A DNA stretch of 64,000 nucleotides from positions 1 through 64,000 of the forward strand of contig BTUM01000042.1 in NCBI GenBank assembly GCA_045863235.1, given 5' to 3'. The notes beneath the pieces are model-generated. The model did not search any database. It was not told where the DNA came from and was given only the letters and a program-made list of their open reading frames with translations. The stretch is from Candidatus Xenobia bacterium. GTDB lineage: Bacteria; Vulcanimicrobiota; Xenobia; Xenobiales; QWHO01. The position numbers were made by a program, and so were the translations under genes. Numbering within the stretch: the stretch's first letter is position 1; the number at the start of each line of letters is the position of its first letter. Positions 45,749 through 55,096 of this stretch are shown here, piece by piece.

Positions 45749-47573
45749 GCTCTCCAAGATCAAGCCCAAGGAGCTTGAGCGGAAGGTTCGCTCGCTGCTC
45801 GATGCTGCCCTCGAAGACCGGGCGCTCTTAGCCGAGCTGGAGGCGCTGGGCCGCCATCACGGCTTCTACGGGCTCACCTTCCTGTGGGGGCCGGTGCTCT
45901 ACAAGCGCAATCCGGTGCTGTTTCGCCCCTTCATCCTGGCCCACTTCTCCACCCACCGCTGGACGGGGGGCTGGAAGTATGCCCCGGTGCGCTGGCAGGG
46001 CGAGCTCACAGCCTGGCTCGCCGAGGTGGACGGCAAGGATGACGTGGAGCTGTTCCAGCGCCTTTGGTACTGGAAGGTGATGGATGCGGCCGGGTGGCGA
46101 TCCGACAAGGCCAATCCCCTCTGTGTGCAGGAGCTGCGCCGGCGCCTCACCCCCAATCTGGGTGCCGCCCGCTGGCGCCTGGAGCTTCGCAAGCTGGACG
46201 TCTGGTTCCAGCTCGACGAGCCCACCGCCCTCGAGCTCTTCGAGCACGATCCGCCCGCGGCCGGGCCCTTCATCCTCAAGCACCTGCCCTACTCATTGCT
46301 CAAGCCGGTTTTCTGGGACAGGCTGTTCACCCGGGCTCTCAAGCAAGACGAGGAGTTCGCCTTCCGCCTCTATCGCCGCCAGGTGACTGCGGCCCGCTGG
46401 GAGGCCGACGTGCTCGATCTGGCCCGCACCATCTCCGAGCCGCCCCGTCTGCTGCGCGAGCTCGAGCGGCGCCACCCCGAGGGGCTGAGACGCGACCCGG
46501 GTATGGGGCTCTACAAGCTGTGCGAGGCCCGCGGGCGCGACGTGCTGCCCTACGTGAAGAAGCATGTGGGGGATGTGTGGAGCCCCTGGCTGGTGCGGGG
46601 GAACTACGGCAAGCTGGTCGACCTGGCCCTGCGCGAGAACTGGCTCGATCTCTGGTCGGCCCTGGTGCGCATCTGCTCGAATCGAGGCGAGTTCAACGAC
46701 ACCATTCGCAAGCTCGTGGCCGACAAGGCGATGGACGAGCAGGAGGTGCTGCGTCGCTTGCTGGCCCTGGCGGGTGTGGGCCGCGAGCTGAACTTCGGCC
46801 CGCTGGGCCTGGCCCACGTCAAGTCGCTGGAAGAGTCGACCGCGGTGGCCCTCTACGAGCGCTTTCCGGCCCTGGTCCGCGGGCCGTTCAAGCTGCACCT
46901 CCAGGTCGCGCCCTGGTCGGACAAGCCCGTCTACGAGCGGCTGGTGGATCGGGCCCTGGCGCTCAAGGACGAGGAGTTACTCGACTTTCTGGCCAGCCGC
47001 TATCTGGCCGTCAAGCGTTCCACCGGCGAGGTGGCCAAACTGACCGATCACTATCGCTCGCTGAAAGAGAACGGGGCCTTCGCGCGGCGGGCGGCGGCGG
47101 TGCTGACCAGGGTGCCGGCCTACACGCTGCCTCACTACAATGTGCTGATCCGCGAGAATTCCCTGGCGCGATTGCTGTTCGAGCGCTCGGCCAGGAGCTT
47201 TTTGGACAGCCCCGAGGCCGTGGCCGACCTGGTGGAGGGCTCGGAGATCCACGTCCAGGCCCTGGCCTATCGCGTGCTCAGCCTCGATGACGAGCGGGCC
47301 CGGGTCATCGCCTGCGAGCACCTCAGCCTGCTGCTGGCCACCCTCTTGCGCCCTTTGCACCGCATCACCCGCGCCCTGGCCTTCGAGGCCTTGTTCAACG
47401 TGGCCGGCAGCTCGCTGGAGGTGGCCCGCAAGGTGCACGAGCGAGCCCGCCTGGCTCTGGCCCTGCCCGACGAGCGCTATCCCAAGGAGAAGCTGGTGGG
47501 CCTGCTGGGGCGGCTCTTGCACCGCTGGCCCGAGCTTCGCTCGGCCTCCGAGCAACCGGTGGTCTACCGATGA
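45735..47573 (+). CDS. Retron-associated alpha-helical (ARM-like) protein
   Basis: 612-aa all-helical composition; ATGA overlap with the SWIM gene; lies upstream of the retron ncRNA and RT. Confidence 0.7.
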   Translation: MASSELSKIKPKELERKVRSLLDAALEDRALLAELEALGRHHGFYGLTFLWGPVLYKRNPVLFRPFILAHFSTHRWTGGWKYAPVRWQGELTAWLAEVDGKDDVELFQRLWYWKVMDAAGWRSDKANPLCVQELRRRLTPNLGAARWRLELRKLDVWFQLDEPTALELFEHDPPAAGPFILKHLPYSLLKPVFWDRLFTRALKQDEEFAFRLYRRQVTAARWEADVLDLARTISEPPRLLRELERRHPEGLRRDPGMGLYKLCEARGRDVLPYVKKHVGDVWSPWLVRGNYGKLVDLALRENWLDLWSALVRICSNRGEFNDTIRKLVADKAMDEQEVLRRLLALAGVGRELNFGPLGLAHVKSLEESTAVALYERFPALVRGPFKLHLQVAPWSDKPVYERLVDRALALKDEELLDFLASRYLAVKRSTGEVAKLTDHYRSLKENGAFARRAAAVLTRVPAYTLPHYNVLIRENSLARLLFERSARSFLDSPEAVADLVEGSEIHVQALAYRVLSLDDERARVIACEHLSLLLATLLRPLHRITRALAFEALFNVAGSSLEVARKVHERARLALALPDERYPKEKLVGLLGRLLHRWPELRSASEQPVVYR

Positions 47574-49036
47574 TCTTCTGCTTCAACTACGCCACCCCCA
47601 GCGTCTTTGAATCCGACCCCGAGCGCTCGCTGCTGGGCCTGACGGCCGAGCGTCCGGTGCGCTTCAAGGGGCGCATCCGGCGCGAGATCCCATTGGTGCG
47701 CTTCGCCCTGCGGGCCTTCGGGGAGGCCCTCTGGAGCTGGCGCGGGGGGGACAGCTGGCACGAGATCGACCCCCTGGTGACGGTACACCCCGACCGGCTC
47801 TTCCTGGAGGGCTTCAGCGCCGATCTCTCCGTCTACGTCCAGCTCTGCCTGGACAGCGACCTGTTCGAGCCCGAGGGAGCGGTGCAGACAGGCACCACCT
47901 CGGTCGACTTCACCGCCTGGATGTGGGGAGCGCTGGGGGAGATGCGCTCGAGCCGGCGCACCGAGCTGGCCATCGACCCGGCAGGCTTTCAAGTGATGAC
48001 GGCCGGGGCCGGTGGACGCGCCGAGCCCGAGGTGGAGCTGCCCGAGACGTTCCTGCGCGGCCTGTTGGAGCTGCAGGCCTCGATGACCATGCCCGGCATC
48101 CGGCTGGTGTTGCGACCGGTCGACCTGCTCGCCCCCATCCGCTACCTGCGCCACTCCAAAGGCAGGGTGGCTCCGCGCGCCTTGCGTTACGAGTTCGAGC
48201 CCGATCAGCCGGTGCGCATCGTGCTCGAGCCCTGGGAGAAGAGCTTTACACTGCAAGACACAGTGCACGGCTACGACGCCCCCCGCAAGGTGCGCACCTG
48301 GGGGCGCGACCGCCTGCGCCTGCTCGAGTCGCTGCTGCCCTTCGCCGACAGCGTGCACGTCTTCTTGAAGGGCCGGGGCCTGCCCAGCTTCTATCTGGTC
48401 AAGCTGCCCTCGATGAGCTTTCTGATCGGTCTGTCGGGCTGGTCGGCGCGCAACTTTCAGGAGCCCGGGTTCTCGTTGCTCTCCCCTCCCTCGGAAGGCG
48501 ACCCGGGGGACACCTTGCTCGAGCTACGCGAGAAATTCTCATTGCGCGAGCCGATCGCCGCCCTCGACCGGCTGGTGCGCCGGGGCCAGGCCCTCTATGA
48601 CCTGGATCGCAAGGAGTATCGCTGGCGGGAGATCTTTCCTGTGCCCCTGGACGAGGAGCGGTTGTACCCCCCCGATGTGCGCCAGGCTCGCGTGCCGCTC
48701 TTGCTGGGGAGCACCGAGGTCAGCGAGTGCCTGGCGCTGGAGACGCGCAAGGTGCGCCGCTTCAAGACCCCCGAGGGCAAGGTCGAGCGCGAGGTGGTCT
48801 ACCGCGACTGGCGCGTGCGCGGGAAGGTGGATCAGCGGGCCGTCGAGGCGGTCATCAATGAGCGCGGGCGGGCCATCTTCGGGACCTGCGAGTGCCCCTT
48901 CTTCCAGGAGAACCTGCTTGGGAAGGGCCCCTGCGAGCACATCCTGGCCCTGATCGAAAAGAGCGCCGAGTTGCGGGTGGATCAGGCCAGCTCGGTGGAG
49001 GCCCCGGTGGGGGAGAGTGACGAAGATGCAGTTTGA
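47570..49036 (+). CDS. Retron-associated SWIM zinc-finger protein
   Basis: DPLVTVHPD.LFLEGFS.D.SVY, FLRGLLELQ, W.R.RL..L, LSGWS..NF; C-terminal CECx12CEH SWIM motif. Confidence 0.85.
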   Translation: MIFCFNYATPSVFESDPERSLLGLTAERPVRFKGRIRREIPLVRFALRAFGEALWSWRGGDSWHEIDPLVTVHPDRLFLEGFSADLSVYVQLCLDSDLFEPEGAVQTGTTSVDFTAWMWGALGEMRSSRRTELAIDPAGFQVMTAGAGGRAEPEVELPETFLRGLLELQASMTMPGIRLVLRPVDLLAPIRYLRHSKGRVAPRALRYEFEPDQPVRIVLEPWEKSFTLQDTVHGYDAPRKVRTWGRDRLRLLESLLPFADSVHVFLKGRGLPSFYLVKLPSMSFLIGLSGWSARNFQEPGFSLLSPPSEGDPGDTLLELREKFSLREPIAALDRLVRRGQALYDLDRKEYRWREIFPVPLDEERLYPPDVRQARVPLLLGSTEVSECLALETRKVRRFKTPEGKVEREVVYRDWRVRGKVDQRAVEAVINERGRAIFGTCECPFFQENLLGKGPCEHILALIEKSAELRVDQASSVEAPVGESDEDAV

Positions 49037-49195
49037 GCGGGGAGGCCGGCTCGTCAGAGTTAGCCAACGATTCCACGGTGTTTCGCCGTGGAGGCGCATT
49101 GTCGCCATCACATCGCCAAGGTCCCCATCGTGCCAAACAATGGGGAGCCCTGAGTCCAGGGCCTCGCAGGTAGCCTCGAGCCGGCTTTCCCGCTC
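49035..49195 (+). ncRNA. Retron msr-msd non-coding RNA
   Basis: 19-bp inverted repeat 49035-49053/49177-49195 (17 Watson-Crick + 2 G-U) enclosing TTAGC (candidate branch G49063) and hairpins 49072-49092, 49122-49146, 49147-49162; followed by a T tract; upstream of a retron RT. Confidence 0.8.
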
Positions 49196-49237
49196 TTTTT
49201 TGAACGCGTTGCCCGAGCATCGTGGGCCCCGAGTTGA

Positions 49238-49350
49238 AGCCTGGACTTCCGGCTCCTGGCGCGCGGTGACGCTGGCCGGGCGGCGAGCCTGGAGTTCCGG
49301 CCTCCTCGCGGTGACGCTGGCTTTGCAGCGAGCCTGGAATTCCGGCCTAC
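49238..49350 (+). repeat. Short tandem array (2.5 units) between ncRNA and RT
   Basis: AGCCTGGAnTTCCGGC at 49238, 49286, 49331 and CGCGGTGACGCTGGC twice; periods 48 and 45 bp. Confidence 0.85.
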
Positions 49351-49381
49351 CTGCCCTTTTCTGGGGCGAGGGGGAGTCGCG

Positions 49382-50632
49382 ATGAGCCTCTGGAAGTGGC
49401 TCTCCTCCAAGCTGACCGGCAAGCCTCCCAAGCGCGACGTGTCGCGCCTGGAGTCCGAGGACGAGGACCAGGTCTCGGAGACGGTCGACGTCAGCGGCGG
49501 CCCCCTCAAGCCCGACCACCGCCGCCGGGCTCTGCGCGACCGGCGCCTCTTGCCCAAGGCTCATCCCCCGGTGCGTTTCGGCAAGAAGAAGCGCCTGATG
49601 AGCAAGGCCGAGGCTCAGCGTCTCTTCGGGGCCAGCATGCGCACTCGCAATCGCACGCTGCGCGACCTGTTGCCCGACGTCGAGCAACTCACGCGCTATG
49701 GCCTGCCGGTCTGGAAGACGGAGGAGGAGCTGGCCACGGCCCTGGGACTGAGCCAGCGCCAGCTCTGGTTTTTCGCCCTGCACCGCGAGAAGGAGCGGGC
49801 CGCCCACTACGTCACCTTCGCCATCCCCAAGCGGGGCGGGGGCGAGCGCCACATCATGGCTCCCAAGCGCCGGCTCAAGGCCCTGCAGCGCAAGCTCCTC
49901 GGGCTGCTGGTGGAGAAGCTGCCGGTGCACGAGGCCGCCCACGGCTTTCGCAAAGGGCGCAGCATCAAGAGCGGGGCTGCGCTGCACGTGGGCAAGAAGC
50001 TGGTGCTCAAGGTGGACCTGAAGGACTTCTTTCCTACGGTCACCTTCCCGCGCGTGCGCGGCCTGCTGATCGCCTACGGATACAGCTATCCAGTGGCCAC
50101 CGCCCTGGCCCTCTTGATGACCGAGTCGGTGCGCCAGCCGGTGGAGGTGGAGGGCAAGCTCTACCACGTGCCCGTGGGGCCGCGCCACTCGGTGCAGGGC
50201 GCTCCCACCAGCCCGGGGCTGAGCAACGCCCTGGTGTTGCGCATGGACCGCCGTTTGACCGGGCTGGCCCGCAAGTTTGGCTTTGTCTACACGCGCTACG
50301 CTGACGACCTGGCCTTCTCGGGCGATCACGATCACAAGACCGGCTGGGGCCTGCTACAGCGAGCCCGCCGCATCATCGCCGAGGAAGGTTTTGCGGTGCA
50401 CCCTGACAAGACGGTGCTGGTGGGCTCGGGCCGGCGCCAGTCGGTGACCGGGGTGGTGGTCAACCAGACGCTGGGCCGCTCTCGCCAGGAGCGCCGTCGC
50501 CTGCGAGCCGCCCTGCACCGGCGCCGCGAGGCTGAGGCGCGTCTGCGCGGACAGCTGGCTTTCCTGTGGATGCTCAACCCGGCTCAGGCCTCGGCCCTCT
50601 GGCCGGAGGAGTGGAAGAAGCCTCAGAGCTGA
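49382..50632 (+). CDS. Retron-type reverse transcriptase (myxobacterial Mx162-like)
   Basis: HY..F.IPKR.GG.R.I.AP, HEAAHGF (region X-like), DLKDFFP, QGAPTSP, YTRYADDL, VTGVVVN (region Y VTG); N-terminal extension. Confidence 0.93.
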   Translation: MSLWKWLSSKLTGKPPKRDVSRLESEDEDQVSETVDVSGGPLKPDHRRRALRDRRLLPKAHPPVRFGKKKRLMSKAEAQRLFGASMRTRNRTLRDLLPDVEQLTRYGLPVWKTEEELATALGLSQRQLWFFALHREKERAAHYVTFAIPKRGGGERHIMAPKRRLKALQRKLLGLLVEKLPVHEAAHGFRKGRSIKSGAALHVGKKLVLKVDLKDFFPTVTFPRVRGLLIAYGYSYPVATALALLMTESVRQPVEVEGKLYHVPVGPRHSVQGAPTSPGLSNALVLRMDRRLTGLARKFGFVYTRYADDLAFSGDHDHKTGWGLLQRARRIIAEEGFAVHPDKTVLVGSGRRQSVTGVVVNQTLGRSRQERRRLRAALHRRREAEARLRGQLAFLWMLNPAQASALWPEEWKKPQS

Positions 50633-51765
50633 ACCATCCAGGTGCCCAACAGGCCTCCCGCGAGCATCAGAGCCATAAGCATCGGGATGGCCATGGCCGG
50701 TAGCTGCAGAAGCGCCAGCGTTGCGGTCGCAAGGAAGTGCCAGGCCGAGAAGACCCGGGCCTGATCGCGGGCGATAAAGGCCAGTATGAGGGGAACGATG
50801 CTCGTGAAGAGCCCGAACGCGTACCAGACCTCCCAGCCCAGGGCGAGTACCAGGAGGCTGGTGAGGGCCACGAAGATCACCAGCCAGGCTTCGAGTCGCT
50901 CGCGAGCGACCAGGAGCGGTCCCCGACCGATCAGCAGGTTGCCCACCGGCCGCAGCATCCACAAACCAATCACCAGGACGGGCAGAAGCGGGTAGCCGGG
51001 GGCGAAGTAGAGATTGGCGCCCAGCAGGAGCAGGATGAGAGCAAGGTAGCCAGGGCTCCGCTCGAGGGTGGGCGCACAGCGCAGGAAGGAGAGTTGCAGT
51101 CTCCCGATCAGCGGCAGGCGACAGCGGCGGGCCGCCAGCAGCCAGCGCCGGTAGGCCGCCTCTTCGGGAGCATTGCTCAGAGCCTCCAGGAAGCACGTTT
51201 CGGCCTCCTGCACCCGCCCTTCCACCAGCTCGAGCCAGCCCAGGTTGCGATGGACCTCGGAGGAGTCTGGGTGTTGGGCGAGGAGCTCGAGCACCTCCGC
51301 TTTCGAGGCCTTGCCCGTATCGGTGCGGGCCGTCACGAGCAGCCAGCGCGCCTCCACGAGGTCGGGGTCGAGCGCCAGGGCCTTCTCGGCCCGCTCCCCT
51401 GCCTGCTCGTACTTCTCCCGGTAGAGGGCCACCCTGCCGGCGGCAAGCCAGGAGCGGGCATCCCCCGGCCCGACCCCGATCGCCTTCTGGGCCATGTCCT
51501 CGGCCTCTTCGAAGCGACTCGTGACAGCCAGAGTGAGGGCCAGGATGCGCAGGCAGATCACGTCCTCAGCCTGCAGGCTCAGTCCGCATCGGGCCGTCGC
51601 CTCAGCTTCCTGATAACGCTCCAGGTTGTGCTCGCAGATGGCCTTGAGGCCCAGAAGCCAGACGTCTCCAGGCTCGGCTGCCAGGCCCTCGGCACAGGCC
51701 TGGCGAGCTTTGTCGTAGTTGCGGCACTCGAGCAGAAGATTCGCCCGTGCTCGGGCAGTGGCCAT
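50623..51765 (-). CDS. TPR protein with C-terminal membrane domain (paralog 2)
   Basis: TPR repeats followed by several TM helices; similar to 51807-52937. Confidence 0.75.
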   Translation of the reverse strand: MATARARANLLLECRNYDKARQACAEGLAAEPGDVWLLGLKAICEHNLERYQEAEATARCGLSLQAEDVICLRILALTLAVTSRFEEAEDMAQKAIGVGPGDARSWLAAGRVALYREKYEQAGERAEKALALDPDLVEARWLLVTARTDTGKASKAEVLELLAQHPDSSEVHRNLGWLELVEGRVQEAETCFLEALSNAPEEAAYRRWLLAARRCRLPLIGRLQLSFLRCAPTLERSPGYLALILLLLGANLYFAPGYPLLPVLVIGLWMLRPVGNLLIGRGPLLVARERLEAWLVIFVALTSLLVLALGWEVWYAFGLFTSIVPLILAFIARDQARVFSAWHFLATATLALLQLPAMAIPMLMALMLAGGLLGTWMVQL

Positions 51766-51806
51766 GAACGACAATTCGCTTCCGGAGCCGGCGGTGCCTG
51801 TAGGCT

Positions 51807-52937
51807 TTAGACCTGAGCCATCGAGGTGCATGTGAACATGGCCACCAGGGTCGAGACGACAAAGAGCGGAAGAACCGCGGTCGGAATCTGGAGCAGAGCC
51901 AAAACTGCCGTGGCAGCGAACAAGAAAGCAAAGAAACCGCGAGTCCGAGGGCGGGCCACGAAGGACAAGGACAGTGGAACGATACTGGCAAAAAATCCGA
52001 GCACGTAGCGCTCTTGCCAATCGAAGGCCAGCAGCAGCAGGCTACCGAGTGCCACCAGGACGACCAGGGGGGCTTCCGAATCGAGCCGTGGGCCCGCCCG
52101 CACCAGCAAGTTCCCGACCGGGCGGACCATCCAGAGACCAATGAACAGGGTCGGCAGGGCCAATGAGTGAGGAAAGGCAGCCACATTCACAGTCAGCAGC
52201 ACGCCGATTCCCAGCGCAGCGGTCAGCGGTTGACGGTCAACCGCATGGGCAAGTCGCGCCAGCGCCAGGCTCAGCCGCCCCAGAACGGGAAGTTGGCAGC
52301 GCCGAGCTGCCAGCAACATTCGCTGGTAGCCTTTGTCCTCAGGTTCCTCTGCCAGCGCGGCCTTGAAGCACTCTTCTGCCTCCTGGGCCCGGCCTGCAAC
52401 AAGCTCGTGCTCGCCCAGAATGGCCAGGGCGAGGGCTGACTCCGGTTGCTCGGCCAGGAGGCTCAGCAAGAACTCTTTCGAGGCTGTGCCGGCGCGCGCC
52501 CGCGCTAGCGCCTCAAGTATGCGAGCTTCCGGCAAGCTCGACTGGAGCTCGAGACTCTTCCTGGCTCGCTCCCGGGCGAGCTGGTGTTTCCCCTGATTCA
52601 GGGCGACCTGAGCTGCGACAGCCCAGGAAACAGCATTCCCGGTGGTCAATTCGAGGAGTCTGCAAGCATGGTGCTCGGCTTCGGGATATCCGGTGAGCGA
52701 GAGCACCACGGCCAGGTTGCCCAGGCAGCCTGGATCATCGGGTCGAAGGCTGAGCCCATCGCGGGCCGTCACCTCGGCCTGGGCGTAACGGCCCAACTTG
52801 AGCTCGCAGCTGGCTTTGATGCCGTAGAACGAGACCTCTCCTGGTTCGGCGGCAAGCCCTTCCAGACACGCCTCGATCGCGCTGTCGTATTTGCGACACT
52901 GGAACAGGTAAGAGGCCCGTTCTCGAGGGGAGGGCAT
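51807..52937 (-). CDS. TPR protein with C-terminal membrane domain (paralog 1)
   Basis: Shares CR.YD.A..AC.EGLAAEPG, LLAARRC.LP..GRL and GLWM.RPVGNLL with the neighbouring gene. Confidence 0.75.
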   Translation of the reverse strand: MPSPRERASYLFQCRKYDSAIEACLEGLAAEPGEVSFYGIKASCELKLGRYAQAEVTARDGLSLRPDDPGCLGNLAVVLSLTGYPEAEHHACRLLELTTGNAVSWAVAAQVALNQGKHQLARERARKSLELQSSLPEARILEALARARAGTASKEFLLSLLAEQPESALALAILGEHELVAGRAQEAEECFKAALAEEPEDKGYQRMLLAARRCQLPVLGRLSLALARLAHAVDRQPLTAALGIGVLLTVNVAAFPHSLALPTLFIGLWMVRPVGNLLVRAGPRLDSEAPLVVLVALGSLLLLAFDWQERYVLGFFASIVPLSLSFVARPRTRGFFAFLFAATAVLALLQIPTAVLPLFVVSTLVAMFTCTSMAQV

Positions 52938-52991
52938 CCTGGAAGGTTCGCGAGCGGACCTTCTGGCACCCCCGAATCCGGTTCAGGCCTC

Positions 52992-53966
52992 CTACTGAAT
53001 CTGCAGGCGGGCCAGGTCGTCGGGCAGCTTGGGATACTGGGGATCCATCTCCTGCAGGGTCTTGAGCAGGATGCTGGCGATGATCAGGTTGCGGGCCTCC
53101 TTGTCGTCGGCCGGTACCACGTACCAGGGCGCCTGTTCGGTGCTGGTGCGGGTGAGCACGTCGCTGTAAGCCTGCTGGTATTCATCCCACTGCTCGCGCC
53201 GTTCCACGTCGCCGGCGTTGAACTTGTACTGCTTGTGGGGGGTATCCCGCCGCTCTTCCAGGCGCAGTTTCTGCTCGTCCTTGCCGATATGCAGGAAGAT
53301 CTTGACCATCTTGGTGCCCAGGTCGCCGCGCTGCTTCTCGAAATCCTTGACCTGGTCGTAACGGGCTGACCAGACCTCCTCGGGAGCAAGGTTCGCCACT
53401 CGCACCTCGACGATGTCCTCATAGTGGCCCCGGTCGAACATGCCGATGTTGCCCTTGCGGGGCATCTCGCCCGTGATGCGCCACAGGAAGTCGTGGTCGG
53501 CCTCGAGCTTGGTGGGCACGTTGAAGCTGGCCCGCTCCACGCCCTCCTCGGTCTTGAGCATCAGCGGCGCGAAGACGTCCTTGAAGGTGCCGCCCTTGCC
53601 GGACGCGTCCATGCCCTGGCATACGAACAGCACCGAGCGCTGGTTCTCGGAGAAGAGCCGACGCTGCAGCTCGGAAATTTTCTTGTGCATGGCCTCGAGC
53701 AGCCGCTCGGACTCGGCCTTGGAGGTGGGCACTCCCTCGGGCGGGGCGGTCGAGATCGCGGACAGGTCGATCTCTTCACCCGGCTTGACCCGGAACTGCT
53801 CGAGGTCGATCCTCATCGAGACCGGAGGGAGGGGCTCGGGATCGACCGCCGGCAGGCTCAGCTCCACTCCGTCGGGGGTGATCCTGGGCTCGGCTTTGGG
53901 GGCTTTGGCTGCCACGGTGGGCGCAGTGGACCAGTTGACTGAGAGCTGAGACAGGGCTCCGATCAT
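52992..53966 (-). CDS. ppk2: Polyphosphate kinase 2 (class III-like) with N-terminal extension
   Basis: QGMDASGKGGT, HDFLWR, FDRGHYEDI, KIFLHI.KDEQ..RL, APWYVVPADDK; GGAGG RBS. Confidence 0.9.
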   Translation of the reverse strand: MIGALSQLSVNWSTAPTVAAKAPKAEPRITPDGVELSLPAVDPEPLPPVSMRIDLEQFRVKPGEEIDLSAISTAPPEGVPTSKAESERLLEAMHKKISELQRRLFSENQRSVLFVCQGMDASGKGGTFKDVFAPLMLKTEEGVERASFNVPTKLEADHDFLWRITGEMPRKGNIGMFDRGHYEDIVEVRVANLAPEEVWSARYDQVKDFEKQRGDLGTKMVKIFLHIGKDEQKLRLEERRDTPHKQYKFNAGDVERREQWDEYQQAYSDVLTRTSTEQAPWYVVPADDKEARNLIIASILLKTLQEMDPQYPKLPDDLARLQIQ

Positions 53967-54100
53967 GACAGACCTCCGTTCTTGTCCTTGCAGTCTGCCA
54001 GCAGGAGCTGAAAGGGGGCTGAAAGCGGGATGCGATCCGTGGACCCGCCCGCCCGATTCAAGACAAGCCTTGGACCCGCCCGAAAGGAGCGGGGGGGGCT

Positions 54101-55096
54101 TCATCCCCCGAGCAGGGTGGGTCGCGCCAGAGGGCTCGCCACCACGCGGTTGCGCCCCGAGCGTTTGGCCTCACACAGCCCCACGTCCCCTCGCCTGAGC
54201 CAGCTGTCGCTCTCCTCACACGGGTCCAGCGAAGCTACGCCAACGCTCACGGTCACTCGCACCTCGGCCAGCACGGAGCTGGATGCCAGCGTGCGGCGCA
54301 GATCCTCGGCCACGAGCAAGGCGTCGCAGAGCTCGGTGTCGCCGAGCAAGACCACGAACTCCTCGCCCCCGGTGCGAAAGACCAGGTCGAGCTGGCGCAG
54401 TCGTCGACCCAACAGCTCCACGACTGCCCGCAGGACCCGGTCGCCCGCATCGTGCCCATACTGGTCGTTGATGCGCTTGAAGTGGTCCACGTCCAGCGCC
54501 AGCAAGGAGCAGGGGGTGCCATAGCGTCGCAGTCTCTCAATCGCCGAGCGCAGGCAGACCTCCAGGTGACGGCGATTGTAGGCGCCCGTCAGGGGATCCA
54601 CCAGGGTCTGCTCTTGCAGCATGGCGATGATGGAAAGGAAGGTGGTGGTGAGGAGCACGGTGAGGACGGTGGTGGCCAGCACCCGCGAGCAGAGCTCCCA
54701 ACCCAGGTGCAGGGCCGCCCATGGGGTGAGCACCAGGATCAGGCCCAGGTCCACCTGCAGCGCCTGGCGCCGGTCGAGCACGAAGAAGAAGAAAATCAGT
54801 GCCGGATAGAGCCAGAAGAGCCCGGTGAGGCCCTGAGTGCTGATGGCTACCAGCAGGCTGCCCAGCACCGGGACATAGAGCCAGGCGGGCGAGAGGAGCG
54901 GGGGGCGGCGCAGGCGGATGGCCGCCGCGTTCAAAGCCAGGATGACCACCACAGCGAAGGTGGTGCAGCCGAGAATGGTCTGTCCATGGACGAAGTTGCC
55001 GAGGGCGAAGGGTAGAAACAGGACCAGGCTGACCTGGGCCAGGCGATACACGATGAGGTCGCGATAAGCGGCCAGGATGTCGTTCGCATTGCTCAT
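54101..55096 (-). CDS. Membrane-bound diguanylate cyclase
   Basis: About 6 TM helices, DPLTGAYNRR, DVDHFKRIND.YGH..GD, RQLD I-site, GGEEF. Confidence 0.92.
   Translation of the reverse strand: MSNANDILAAYRDLIVYRLAQVSLVLFLPFALGNFVHGQTILGCTTFAVVVILALNAAAIRLRRPPLLSPAWLYVPVLGSLLVAISTQGLTGLFWLYPALIFFFFVLDRRQALQVDLGLILVLTPWAALHLGWELCSRVLATTVLTVLLTTTFLSIIAMLQEQTLVDPLTGAYNRRHLEVCLRSAIERLRRYGTPCSLLALDVDHFKRINDQYGHDAGDRVLRAVVELLGRRLRQLDLVFRTGGEEFVVLLGDTELCDALLVAEDLRRTLASSSVLAEVRVTVSVGVASLDPCEESDSWLRRGDVGLCEAKRSGRNRVVASPLARPTLLGG

Noticed and set aside
49238..49350. CRISPR array
   Set aside because: Only 2.5 units; the intervening sequences are largely repeated rather than unique spacers; no cas genes in the window
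49382..50632. Group II intron or DGR reverse transcriptase
   Set aside because: No maturase/endonuclease extension, intron domain V or TR/VR pair seen; retron VTG motif and a1/a2 RNA are present
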